Virus record (IMG/VR): IMGVR_UViG_3300037852_000046
Coordinates: 1-64,000 of that record
Length of the DNA: 64,000 bases
Strand: one strand, 5' to 3'
From: a virus
Position 1 is the first letter of the stretch, and every line of letters begins with the position of its first letter. Below the pieces are notes generated by a model. That model saw only the letters and a list, made by a program, of their open reading frames with translations, was not told the DNA's origin and did no database searches. Both the position numbers and the translations under genes were made by a program. Below, one piece after another: positions 46,212 to 55,669 of the stretch.

Positions 46212-47633
46212 ATGTCCTACCTCAAGAAACTGGGCCTCATGTGGGCCTCGCTGTTCCCCGGCGTGACAAACCAGTCCACCAGTTTTACGGCGGACGTTGA
46301 AGCGTACATTCAGGAAGAAGTTGAACCGCTCGCGCGCCGCCAACTGGTCGCGTACCAGTTCGGAAAGCCGCTCAAGCTCGATACGAATCGAGGCACGACC
46401 TACACGGCATCGCGCTACCAGCGTTTGCCGTTGCCTTTCGCGCCGTTGCAGGAAGGCGTAGCGCCTCCCGGCGAAGCGATGGCGCTGCAACAGGTCTCCG
46501 CTACCGCGCAGCAATGGGGTGACCGCGTTATCATCACCGACGTGGCGAACCTGACCATCAAGCATCCGCTCTTCCAGCAGGCCTGCGAACTGGTCGCGCT
46601 GCAACTGCCGGAAACGCTGGAGCGCAACACGATGAATACGTTGATGGCGGCCACGCAGGTGAACTACGCCAACGGCAAAACGTCGCGCGCCAACCTGATT
46701 GCAACCGATGTCATGACGCCGCATGAGAACAATCGTATCGTAGGCACGTTCCTGACCTACGGCGTTCCTCGCTTCATGGGCGACGAGCGGGAAGACATGA
46801 TGATCGAAGCGGGCGCGTATCGCGATCCGTCGAAGTCGCCGGCCGTGATGCAGCACTACATCGGCCTGATTCATCCGCTGTCGGCGCAGGACATGCGCGA
46901 GAACACGACCGTGGCTAACGCGTGGTCGTACAGCGACATCAACCGCCTGTACAACAACGAGCTCGGCCCCTTCGGCGGTACGCGCTTCGTCGAGTCGAAC
47001 ATGATTCCCTTCTTCGTCGGCAATGCCGCGATTCAGGGAACGGCCTCGACTTCGGGTGGCACGCTCGCGACGAACGCCGGTTACCAGATCATCGTGACCG
47101 CTTCGCCGGCCCAAACTTCGGTTGAGCAGCAGATTTACCAGGTGTCGAACGCGATCAGCGTCACCGGCCCCACGGGCTCGATCAGCGTCGTACTGCCGCA
47201 GCTTGCCGGCTACGTGTTCAATATCTACATCGGCACGTCGGCCACGCCGTCGAACCTCGCCACGGCCATCGGCCTCGGCGTCCCGGTCACCGGCCCCCTC
47301 GCTGGTCAGGCAACGCAGCTTCTGCCGAACCAGACCGTGACGCTCACGGGCATTGGTGTAGCGCAAACGCCGCCGGCCGCTCCGGCAACGGGCGTTTCAG
47401 TGTTCCCGACTATCTATATCGGCAACCACTCGTACGGTCAGGTGCTGCTCGAAAATCCTGAGTTCCATTACCTGACCGGGCCGGACAAGTCGGACCCGCT
47501 GAACCAGACTCGCGTCGTATCATGGAAAGTATTTTATGGAAGTATTATCCTCAACCAGGCGTTTCTTGCCCGCGTTGAAGCCGGTTCCGCGTTCAGCACG
47601 ACGTTCTCCGCTGGTACTGTGACAACCCCGTAA
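46212..47633 (+). CDS. Major capsid protein, N4-gp56-like
   Basis: Near-identical to 6880-8301. Confidence 0.9.
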   Translation: MSYLKKLGLMWASLFPGVTNQSTSFTADVEAYIQEEVEPLARRQLVAYQFGKPLKLDTNRGTTYTASRYQRLPLPFAPLQEGVAPPGEAMALQQVSATAQQWGDRVIITDVANLTIKHPLFQQACELVALQLPETLERNTMNTLMAATQVNYANGKTSRANLIATDVMTPHENNRIVGTFLTYGVPRFMGDEREDMMIEAGAYRDPSKSPAVMQHYIGLIHPLSAQDMRENTTVANAWSYSDINRLYNNELGPFGGTRFVESNMIPFFVGNAAIQGTASTSGGTLATNAGYQIIVTASPAQTSVEQQIYQVSNAISVTGPTGSISVVLPQLAGYVFNIYIGTSATPSNLATAIGLGVPVTGPLAGQATQLLPNQTVTLTGIGVAQTPPAAPATGVSVFPTIYIGNHSYGQVLLENPEFHYLTGPDKSDPLNQTRVVSWKVFYGSIILNQAFLARVEAGSAFSTTFSAGTVTTP

Positions 47634-47645
47634 TCAGGAGCGTAA

Positions 47646-48140
47646 ATGCCCCCGCGTACCCCTAACACCCCGCCCGATGGCGGGGTTTTTGAAGACAACG
47701 ATGAACCGATTGAACAACCCGCAAAGGCTGAATCTCCGGAGGATCTGAAAGCGCGCATCAAGGCGCTTGAGGCTCAACTTGCGCGCTCTCAGGCCGGAAA
47801 GGCGATTGCGGAAGAAGAATCCGCGCGCCTCTCCGCGCAAGCCCAGTCGTCGATGTTCACCACGAATGTGACTGAACGGTTCTCCCGCAAGACGGAAGCC
47901 GGAAAGGATCTGTGGTGGTATCGTATTGATCTCGCACCGTGCGGCGGAACGGAAGTCAAGATCAACGGCGTTCCGTACTACCACGGTTCGACTTACGAGT
48001 TCGAGACGGACCTTCTGCGCTCCATCAAGGAAATCGTGGCGCGCACGTGGGACCACGAGAACAATATCCAGGGCAACAACGAAAACGTCTACAAGGTTGC
48101 GCAGGAACGCATTCTGCGCGGCGAAGGCCGTCGTCGATAA
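47646..48140 (+). CDS. Conserved hypothetical protein
   Basis: Homolog of 8314-8808. Confidence 0.8.
   Translation: MPPRTPNTPPDGGVFEDNDEPIEQPAKAESPEDLKARIKALEAQLARSQAGKAIAEEESARLSAQAQSSMFTTNVTERFSRKTEAGKDLWWYRIDLAPCGGTEVKINGVPYYHGSTYEFETDLLRSIKEIVARTWDHENNIQGNNENVYKVAQERILRGEGRRR
47668..47690 (+). terminator. Terminator after MCP
   Basis: Same hairpin and T5 as 8336-8358. Confidence 0.75.
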
Positions 48141-48148
48141 GAGGAAAC

Positions 48149-48532
48149 ATGGAAAAGACAACTCCCGTTCTCGGTAACTTCCAGATCAACCTTCCGGGCC
48201 CGAATGGCGCTTCCATGTCGATCAGCGGCTATCTGTACGCCGATGAATCGAAAGAATCGCTCGACGAGCGCATGGACCTTTGTCGCGAGTCGCTGACTCG
48301 TCAGCAACGCGCGCTCGAAGTCCCAGTACTGGAAGAGCAGATCATCCAGCTTGAGCGCAAGCTGGAAGAGATGCGCCTGGCCTACGTCGATCTGCTCGAA
48401 AAGCAGAAGCGCAAGGCGTTGCCGAGTGCGGAAACTGCCAATCTTAAGAACTATCCGATTATCATCAAGAACATCACCGATGAAATCGAGAAAGGCAAAA
48501 AGAAGATCGAAGCCGTGAAAAAGGTCGCGTAA
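48149..48532 (+). CDS. Hypothetical coiled-coil protein
   Basis: Homolog of 8818-9207. Confidence 0.75.
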   Translation: MEKTTPVLGNFQINLPGPNGASMSISGYLYADESKESLDERMDLCRESLTRQQRALEVPVLEEQIIQLERKLEEMRLAYVDLLEKQKRKALPSAETANLKNYPIIIKNITDEIEKGKKKIEAVKKVA

Positions 48533-49242
48533 TGGCTTACCTCCAGAGTCAGCAGATTGTCAATCTGGCATGCACTATCGCCAAGTGTCCGGGCTTTCTG
48601 AGTCAGGGCGGACAATTCCTGAACATGACTCTGGAGGATCTTTGGCTGCACCGTGATCTGAAAATCAATCGAAAGAACGAATCAATCACGGTACAGGCCA
48701 ATAACTTCGGCCCCTTCGTGCTTCCGCAGAATTATCAGCGCACGTACGATCTGTTCTTTCAGCAGAACAACCTCCCGTATTTTCTGAATCCGATCAGCAC
48801 TGAAGAGTACGATCAGGAGTTCAAGGACCCGTCGATTGCGAACTATCCGTACGAGTTCATGACTATCCTGTACGACGAAGTGCAGGCACTGCAACAGAAC
48901 CCGCCCTCCGCCGGTCAGTTGTTCATCTATCCGCAGTCGTCCGGCCAGATCGTGCTCACGCACCGGTACATGGTGAAGCAGCCCGACATCACGACGCCCG
49001 AGACTTCGACCATCATTCCGTGGTTTCCGGACCAGGACTACCTGATCACGGCCACGGCTTCGCGACTGATGCAGATTACGGACGATACACGACGGGAATC
49101 GTTCCTCGCTGAATGCGATAAGATGCTGCGAATCCATCTGATCATGGAAGGCGATGAACAGCAGGTTGTGAAGTCGGTAAGGCTAGACCCCAGACGTTTT
49201 CATACTAATCGGACCCTAAAACCCACCAAGGTGACCGACTGA
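48532..49242 (+). CDS. Putative head-tail adaptor
   Basis: Homolog of 9207-9911. Confidence 0.65.
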   Translation: MAYLQSQQIVNLACTIAKCPGFLSQGGQFLNMTLEDLWLHRDLKINRKNESITVQANNFGPFVLPQNYQRTYDLFFQQNNLPYFLNPISTEEYDQEFKDPSIANYPYEFMTILYDEVQALQQNPPSAGQLFIYPQSSGQIVLTHRYMVKQPDITTPETSTIIPWFPDQDYLITATASRLMQITDDTRRESFLAECDKMLRIHLIMEGDEQQVVKSVRLDPRRFHTNRTLKPTKVTD

Positions 49243-49250
49243 ATCACTGA

Positions 49251-49715
49251 TTATACGACATTTTTCCAATTCTTGCGATGCACGATATCCCAAATTCCTT
49301 GGAACGTCATACCATAGTGCTCCGCAATACTGCGTTGAGTGCTGCCTTCGGCATGCATCTTTCGGATCTGTCGTACATCATCTTCTGTCAACTTTGCCTT
49401 CCATTGGCCTTCGCCCACTGGGCAGCGATGGCGTTTCTTTTCCATCTTATCGGTCATGTTCGCTTGCGCATCGCCAAGAAAGATGTGAAAAGGATTGCAA
49501 CAAAGAGTGATATCGCATCGGTGGCAGACATATCCGCCGGCGGGGATCGGACCTTTGAACAAACGCCAGGCCGCACGATGCGACCCGTCGTAGTCTTTCG
49601 GCCCCATGTAGAATTTTCCGTATCGCCCATCGGGATACGTCGAAGCCATCCAGATCCAGCAACCCGATTCAGGAATCATTTCGATATTTCGCATGAAGCG
49701 CTGAAGAACGTCCAT
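49251..49715 (-). CDS. HNH endonuclease with C-terminal HTH (copy B only)
   Basis: GCWIW, YG, SHRAAW, VCHRCD...CCNPFH..G...N, AKLTEDDV; AGGAGG RBS; own TGATATAGT -10. Confidence 0.88.
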   Translation of the reverse strand: MDVLQRFMRNIEMIPESGCWIWMASTYPDGRYGKFYMGPKDYDGSHRAAWRLFKGPIPAGGYVCHRCDITLCCNPFHIFLGDAQANMTDKMEKKRHRCPVGEGQWKAKLTEDDVRQIRKMHAEGSTQRSIAEHYGMTFQGIWDIVHRKNWKNVV

Positions 49716-49768
49716 AAATCCCTCCTGATCAGTGAGTCCTACTATATCACAGATATGGAGTGCGCGTA

Positions 49769-51394
49769 ATGGCAATCCGCAACGGCCAGCCGGTACGATT
49801 CACGCCAAAAGGCGTCTGCGATGCGTTCGACGCTACGGACGCCTTTCCGGGCGCGTGTGCACTGCTCTCGAATCTGATTTTCGATCAGGCAAATCCCGAA
49901 GTGGTCGTCAGTCGCCCAGGTGTCGGCTCGCCGGTTACGTCCTTCGCCAGTTTCACGACTCCGACTTTCGTTTCAGGCTACATCACGATTGGATCTGTCG
50001 TGTACGGCATGGTCTCGACCGCGCGCAACGCGGGGCACGATGAGCCTTTTGCCTACGATCTGAACGCGAATGCCTTCATCACGATCACCGGGGTAACAGC
50101 CGGGAACACCCCGACATCGCCCGCGACGACAGGCCCGTGGACGCCGCCGACGTTCGCCGTGATCAGCACGAAGATCATCGTCACTCATCCGGGGTTCAAC
50201 GGAGTCGGGAACAACTTCTTCGGCGTGATCGATATCACGAACCCGGCAGCGCCCACGTGGACGGATACGAACACCGCGACGACTCCGCTCACAGGGGTCC
50301 CAACTTCGGTTGCGAACTACAATAACCGCGCGTACTTTGCCGTCGCGAATACGCTCCAGTTCAGCGATGTCCTTGTCCCGACCACGCGCACGAACGCGAG
50401 CCAGTCTGTCACGCTCGGCGACACGACGCCGGTAACGGGTCAATCCGGCCTGCCGGTTCAGACGACATCGGCCGGCGTCATCGGCGCGCTGGTAGCGTTC
50501 AAGGCGTCGCAAATCTGGCAGGTGACCGGCGATCCGACGACGAACAATCTCGCGCTGAGCTACATCTCCCTGACCACGGGGTGCATCGCTCCGCGCAGCA
50601 TCGTGCAGGTGCCCTTCGGGATCTGCTTTATCGGCATCGACGCGCCGTACGTGCTCAACTTCCTCGGTACGCTCTCGCCGCTCTCGCATACCCCCGGCAA
50701 TGACGGCGCGGCCGACGTGCAGGTTCCGTTCCAGAACGCGACTACCCCTTCGCGTATCGCGGCGTCCTTCTCTGGCAACATCTTCCGGGTATGCGTCGCG
50801 ACGATCATCCAGGGTGTACAGCAGACCAACGATTACTGGTTCGACATCCGGCGCAAGCGCTGGAACGGTCCGCACACGTTTACTTACGATTGCCTTGCGC
50901 AATTTGGGAACAACTTCGTCGTGTCGGGCATCGACCACGGCGCGGCGCTCTTCGTGAGCCAGAGCCTTCCGCAGATCGGCAGTGTGTATTCAGACAACGG
51001 CGTGCAGTTGATCAGTCACGAGCGCTCATCATCATTCCCGAAAACCGGACGCATGGCGGAAGTGCAAGTAGTTGAATCGACGCAGGAATTTGCTTCTTCC
51101 GGATCGGCGGTGAACTACAATATCACCGCACTTGACGATCAGGGAAACACGCTCAATTCGACGTTCATCATGACGCCGGCAGCCGGTATCACGTGGGGCG
51201 GCGGGCACCTGTGGGGAGATGGTTCGCTATGGTCGTCATCGGCGAAGGTTCCGCACGTCTACAACATCCCGTGGACGATCCCGCTTGTGTTTCAGAAAAT
51301 GGCGCTCGACATAACGGCGACTTCATCCAATAGTCTGTCAATCGGGACGTTCTTCGCCCGGTATCAGGACACCGGCTACACGAACCAGGGCTAA
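49769..51394 (+). CDS. Putative tail nozzle / gp10-like protein
   Basis: Homolog of 9920-11545. Confidence 0.7.
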   Translation: MAIRNGQPVRFTPKGVCDAFDATDAFPGACALLSNLIFDQANPEVVVSRPGVGSPVTSFASFTTPTFVSGYITIGSVVYGMVSTARNAGHDEPFAYDLNANAFITITGVTAGNTPTSPATTGPWTPPTFAVISTKIIVTHPGFNGVGNNFFGVIDITNPAAPTWTDTNTATTPLTGVPTSVANYNNRAYFAVANTLQFSDVLVPTTRTNASQSVTLGDTTPVTGQSGLPVQTTSAGVIGALVAFKASQIWQVTGDPTTNNLALSYISLTTGCIAPRSIVQVPFGICFIGIDAPYVLNFLGTLSPLSHTPGNDGAADVQVPFQNATTPSRIAASFSGNIFRVCVATIIQGVQQTNDYWFDIRRKRWNGPHTFTYDCLAQFGNNFVVSGIDHGAALFVSQSLPQIGSVYSDNGVQLISHERSSSFPKTGRMAEVQVVESTQEFASSGSAVNYNITALDDQGNTLNSTFIMTPAAGITWGGGHLWGDGSLWSSSAKVPHVYNIPWTIPLVFQKMALDITATSSNSLSIGTFFARYQDTGYTNQG

Positions 51395-51397
51395 ATC

Positions 51398-52174
51398 ATG
51401 GCGATCATCGGAACGCTACCAAACAACATCCTGAATGGGCAGGTAGCCGATGCCAATCCGGTAATGGCGGATTTCAATTTTATCGTCAACCAGGTGAACG
51501 CCAACGCTGCGCCCTCGAGTGCGCTTATTATCGGCTCAAGATTGATTGGCGTACAGGTGTTCAGCACGCCAGGCACATTCACCTACACTCCAACGGCGGG
51601 CGCTACACGCGCATACGTTGAAGTGCTCGGGGGTGGGGGAGCAGGTGGGGGCGCAGCAGCCACAGGGGGCAACTTTTCTGTGGGCTCCGGCGGCGGATCG
51701 GGTGCTTACGCCAAAGGCGTGATTATCAACCCGGTTTCGGGCGCGGTGGTAGTGGGCGCGGCAGGAACTGCCATCGCCGGAAGCACGGGCGGAACGGGGG
51801 GAAATTCAGGGTTTCAGGGGCTTATCGTTTGCACCGGGGGACTGGGAGGCAATACCGCACCCGCCGGAGTATCAATAGGGACGACGGGGGGCGCAGGCGG
51901 CACGGTATCGACTCCCGGAACGATCATCAACATACCGGGGCAACCCGGAGGGTCCGCCTTTGGCTACTCCACAGGCACTATCGGGTTGACGGGGTTTGGC
52001 GCGAGCGGTATTTATGGTTCTGGCGGGGTTGCCCTGGTATCCGTAAACTTGCCGGGGATTAGCGGAACAGGCTTTGGGTCCGGCGGAAGCGGGGCTTTCA
52101 ACGGGGGCGGCCAATCCGCACAGGTAGGCGGTAATGGCGCATCCGGAATAATAATCGTATACGACTATGCATAA
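51398..52174 (+). CDS. Short tail fibre with glycine-rich domain
   Basis: N-terminal 38 aa shared with 11549; GTFTYTP...GGGGAGG..GGGSG glycine-rich domain. Confidence 0.7.
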   Translation: MAIIGTLPNNILNGQVADANPVMADFNFIVNQVNANAAPSSALIIGSRLIGVQVFSTPGTFTYTPTAGATRAYVEVLGGGGAGGGAAATGGNFSVGSGGGSGAYAKGVIINPVSGAVVVGAAGTAIAGSTGGTGGNSGFQGLIVCTGGLGGNTAPAGVSIGTTGGAGGTVSTPGTIINIPGQPGGSAFGYSTGTIGLTGFGASGIYGSGGVALVSVNLPGISGTGFGSGGSGAFNGGGQSAQVGGNGASGIIIVYDYA

Positions 52175-52195
52175 AAATGCAGACCGGGGAAAACA

Positions 52196-52390
52196 ATGTC
52201 AGAAGAAAGAACACTCACTGACGGGGATGTAAAGGCGATAGTCGATGAACTGGAAAGACGTGCCACTCAGCGTTTTCAGATTAATATCGGCAGGGGGGTG
52301 TTGGGCCTGGCGTGGAAAGCAGGACTCTACCTCGCAATATGGCTTGCCGCCTACGGCGCTGCCGGGGGCTTCAAGAAATTCTTTCAATAG
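52196..52390 (+). CDS. Single-TM holin/antiholin candidate
   Basis: Homolog of 12476-12670. Confidence 0.6.
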   Translation: MSEERTLTDGDVKAIVDELERRATQRFQINIGRGVLGLAWKAGLYLAIWLAAYGAAGGFKKFFQ

Positions 52391-52400
52391 GAGCAGTATC

Positions 52401-52613
52401 ATGAGCTTTTGGGCAGACATCGAAGCTGAAGCCAATGCTGTATGGGCTAGCGCGGATAGCATTTCCGTCAAACTGGAAAACCTTGTCGGTATTCAAACGC
52501 GCGCTCAACAGGTGACGGCGTTAACGAACCAGTTCACAGCGATCATTGACGACGGCACGAAGGCAACGCCGGAGAAGGTGACGGAACTGTTGACCCTGGT
52601 CGGCAAGCTGTGA
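52401..52613 (+). CDS. Hypothetical protein
   Basis: Homolog of 12681-12893. Confidence 0.7.
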   Translation: MSFWADIEAEANAVWASADSISVKLENLVGIQTRAQQVTALTNQFTAIIDDGTKATPEKVTELLTLVGKL

Positions 52614-53152
52614 GTCCTGAAACACTGGCGGCAGCACTTGGGATCGGATTGCCCCGCGCGCAAACGTGGGCCGATCCGCTTTCTGCGGCGATGGCTCTTT
52701 ATGCGATTGATTCGCCAGCGCGCCAGGCGGCGTTCATTGCTCAGGTAGGCCACGAGTCGGGGCGGTTGATCTACGTGCGCGAACTGTGGGGGCCGACGCC
52801 GACACAGGAAGGCTACGAAGGCCGCGAGGATCTAGGCAATACCGAACCGGGCGATGGGTTCAAGTTCCGGGGTCGGGGGCTGATTCAGGTCACCGGGCGC
52901 GCGAATTACGCGAAGTGCGGCGCGGCGCTCTGTCTTCCGCTTACCGATTCGCCGGAACTGCTTGAGTCTCCGTCCAATGCTGCGCAGTCGGCCGCGTGGT
53001 TCTGGAATTCGCGGAACCTGAACGACCTTGCGGACATCGGGGATTTCAACACGATCACGCGCCGGATCAATGGCGGGTTGAATGGGCTGCAAGACCGGCT
53101 TGCACTGTACGCGCTCGCGAAGAGCGCTTTGGGGAATGGCGATGGCACTTGA
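52610..53152 (+). CDS. GH19 endolysin
   Basis: HES, GRGLIQVTG, SAAWFW. Confidence 0.92.
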   Translation: MSPETLAAALGIGLPRAQTWADPLSAAMALYAIDSPARQAAFIAQVGHESGRLIYVRELWGPTPTQEGYEGREDLGNTEPGDGFKFRGRGLIQVTGRANYAKCGAALCLPLTDSPELLESPSNAAQSAAWFWNSRNLNDLADIGDFNTITRRINGGLNGLQDRLALYALAKSALGNGDGT

Positions 53153-53531
53153 TCCGATCTCGGCGGGAATTGACTTCGCCAACACGATAGTCTCTCGCAT
53201 CTGGCCAGACAAGACAGCGAAAGAACAGCAGCAGTTGTCCGCCGTCCTGGCGATGGTTCAGGGGCAAATGGCGATTAATCAGGCAGAAGCATCGAACGCC
53301 AGCACTTTCGTAGCCGGCTGGCGGCCGTTCATCGGCTGGGTATGTGGTCTCGCGTGCGCATGGAACTGGATGGGGTTACCTGTCGCCAAAGTGGTCCTTG
53401 ATTATCTCGGGCACCCAATCGCGATGTCCCCCGCCGATCTGTCGGAGATGATGCCGGTTCTTATGGGCATGCTCGGCCTCGGCGGTCTGCGCACATTCGA
53501 GAAAGTGCAGGGCGTAGCGAGGATGAAATGA
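53142..53531 (+). CDS. Holin (GTA 3TM-like)
   Basis: GWRPFIGW, GLRTFEK. Confidence 0.85.
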   Translation: MALDPISAGIDFANTIVSRIWPDKTAKEQQQLSAVLAMVQGQMAINQAEASNASTFVAGWRPFIGWVCGLACAWNWMGLPVAKVVLDYLGHPIAMSPADLSEMMPVLMGMLGLGGLRTFEKVQGVARMK

Positions 53532-53773
53532 TCGGGCGCTTCCTTCTGAACGTTCTGCGCTGGCTGGACGAAGGCTTGAACGTCTTCTCAGGCGGCGACG
53601 CCAACGAGACTTTAAGCTCGCGCGCAGGCAAGGAGCAGATCAAGGGCGCAGAGTGGGCATGCGTGCTATGCAAGTCAATAGACTGGGTGACGCACTGGTT
53701 CAAGGTTCCTCCCGGCCACTGCTTGCGCGCGATCAATCCTGACGACGGTAAAAACGCAACTATTCCCGACTGA
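53528..53773 (+). CDS. Lysis-cassette accessory protein (copy B only)
   Basis: LDE..N...GGD..ETLSSRAG..C..C...GHC; coupled on both sides. Confidence 0.7.
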   Translation: MIGRFLLNVLRWLDEGLNVFSGGDANETLSSRAGKEQIKGAEWACVLCKSIDWVTHWFKVPPGHCLRAINPDDGKNATIPD

Positions 53774-54336
53774 TGAAACACTTGATTAAAATCGCCGCTG
53801 GTGTAGACACTGCTCCCGTCCTGCTTGAGATCGCGCGCCAGCCCAAACTGTGGAACCGGCATTCGGTCAGGAAGACTGCGCCTGAGACTCCGCACGCCGC
53901 GATGGACGATATCTGGTTGCGCTACAGGGATGAGAAGCCGTTCAAGGAATCGGGCGACTACTCGACGTTCAACGATGAGCATGACGCGATCTTCTACCCG
54001 GAATGGTTCGCGATACCCAGCGTACGCCCGATTGTCTACAGCCTCATGGCCCGCGTCCAGGCGGTACGCCTCGGCGGCGTGATGATCACCCGGATTCCGC
54101 CGGGGGGTCGAATTGACCCGCACGCGGACGACGGCTGGCACGCCACGTATTACAATACGAAATTGTACGTTGTGCTTCAGTCGAATCCGCAGTGTGTGAA
54201 CCGCGTGGAAGAAGAGCGGGTCTCGATGGCACCAGGTGAAGTCTGGTACTTCGACAATCTGAAAGAGCATGAAGTCGTGAACGACGGGCCGGACGACCGG
54301 ATCACGTTGATTGTGTGTCTGAGGTGCGAGAAATGA
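53773..54336 (+). CDS. Asp/Asn beta-hydroxylase family oxygenase
   Basis: Near-identical to 13808-14371. Confidence 0.85.
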   Translation: MKHLIKIAAGVDTAPVLLEIARQPKLWNRHSVRKTAPETPHAAMDDIWLRYRDEKPFKESGDYSTFNDEHDAIFYPEWFAIPSVRPIVYSLMARVQAVRLGGVMITRIPPGGRIDPHADDGWHATYYNTKLYVVLQSNPQCVNRVEEERVSMAPGEVWYFDNLKEHEVVNDGPDDRITLIVCLRCEK

Positions 54337-54614
54337 TCAGGCATCTATTCGCCGGAGGGGTGTACGCGCGAGAGCAGACACTGGCGGAAGGTCACGAGGT
54401 CGAGAAGCACGAGCACGACTACGATCACCTGAGCTATCTGTGCGCGGGCCGTGCGCTGCTCGACGTGGACGGCGAATTGCAGTATCTGACGGGCCCGTGC
54501 GCGATCCTCATCGCCGCCGGCAAGAAACATCGGATTCAGGCTTTGACGGACATCACCTGGCTTTGCATCCACGCAGAGAGCGTCGCAGATCCGGAAATCA
54601 TCGTAAAGGAGTAG
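54333..54614 (+). CDS. Cupin-fold protein
   Basis: Homolog of 14368-14649. Confidence 0.8.
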   Translation: MIRHLFAGGVYAREQTLAEGHEVEKHEHDYDHLSYLCAGRALLDVDGELQYLTGPCAILIAAGKKHRIQALTDITWLCIHAESVADPEIIVKE

Positions 54615-54617
54615 ATC

Positions 54618-55661
54618 ATGCCCTGGGGCGTAGCGGCATCAGTAGCAGGAACGGTGATATCAAGCGCGCTCGCCCCTTCCCCTTCGGGCGGATCGAGCGG
54701 CGGAGGGGGCGGGCCGAACTATTACGTTCCGACCGGTTTGGGCACGGCCGATACCGCCTGGCAACAACTCCTGGCGCAGCAGCAGGCGCAGCAGGGCGGT
54801 ATCGAAGGCATGTTGCCCTATTACCAACAGGCGTTTGGGCAAGGGTACAACGCGAATCAGGCATACGGTCCGGGTTATCAGAACGCCGCGAACGCGGCCG
54901 GTCAGCAGTACAGCAACCTCGGACAGGCTCTGACAAGCTACGGCCAGGGGGCGTACGATCTGTCGGCGAATCTCGCCGGGGCAGGCCGGCAGGCGTACCA
55001 GACTGCGTTAGATCCGCAAAGCGCGCTTTACAATCGCACCGTCCAGCAATTGCAGGACCAGACCGGAGCCACGAACAGCATGTACGGGCTCGGGTCTTCC
55101 GCTGCCGGCGCGGGCGTTGCGAATCAGGCATTGAGCAATTTCAACATTGATTGGCAGAACCAGCAACTCCAACGCCAGTTGCAAGGGCTTCAGGGCTTGG
55201 GTACAGCGTACGGACAGGCAGGCCAGTTGGCGGGGCAAGGCGCGTCGCTTCAAGGTCTTGGCGCGGGCTATACACTTCAGGGCGGGCAGTTGCCGTACCA
55301 GACGGCGGCGGGTATCGCGGCGGTTCCCGGCCAGTTGGCGGGGCAATACGCTCAGGGTATCGAATCCGGTCCTTTGTCGTCGGCGCAGTCGATCAACAGT
55401 CAGATCATTCCGTATCTGAATTACGGTCAGGGGGCGCAACAGGTTCCCTACCAGAGCGCACAGCAAGGCGCGGGCGCGGCGGGTGCGCTGGTTAGTCAAG
55501 GGATTCAGGGCTTGGGGAGCAATTCGCAAGTTCAAAGCGCGCTTGGCAATGTGTTCGGCGGGGGCCCTACGGGCTCGTTCGGCGGTGGCGACTTCTCCGG
55601 CGCATTCTCGTCCAATCCGTACTACGGCGGTGGCGGTAATAGCTACGGCTTCACGATGTAG
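54618..55661 (+). CDS. Ejection/pilot protein 1
   Basis: Homolog of 14654-15652. Confidence 0.65.
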   Translation: MPWGVAASVAGTVISSALAPSPSGGSSGGGGGPNYYVPTGLGTADTAWQQLLAQQQAQQGGIEGMLPYYQQAFGQGYNANQAYGPGYQNAANAAGQQYSNLGQALTSYGQGAYDLSANLAGAGRQAYQTALDPQSALYNRTVQQLQDQTGATNSMYGLGSSAAGAGVANQALSNFNIDWQNQQLQRQLQGLQGLGTAYGQAGQLAGQGASLQGLGAGYTLQGGQLPYQTAAGIAAVPGQLAGQYAQGIESGPLSSAQSINSQIIPYLNYGQGAQQVPYQSAQQGAGAAGALVSQGIQGLGSNSQVQSALGNVFGGGPTGSFGGGDFSGAFSSNPYYGGGGNSYGFTM

Positions 55662-55669
55662 GAGCAATC

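Noticed and set aside
45819-47366. Long antisense ORFs opposite MCP and other genes (also 6943-8034, 15892-17274, 12503-13669, 40739-41779)
   Set aside because: Shadow frames from high-GC codon bias; no RBS, and boundaries are not conserved between the two copies.
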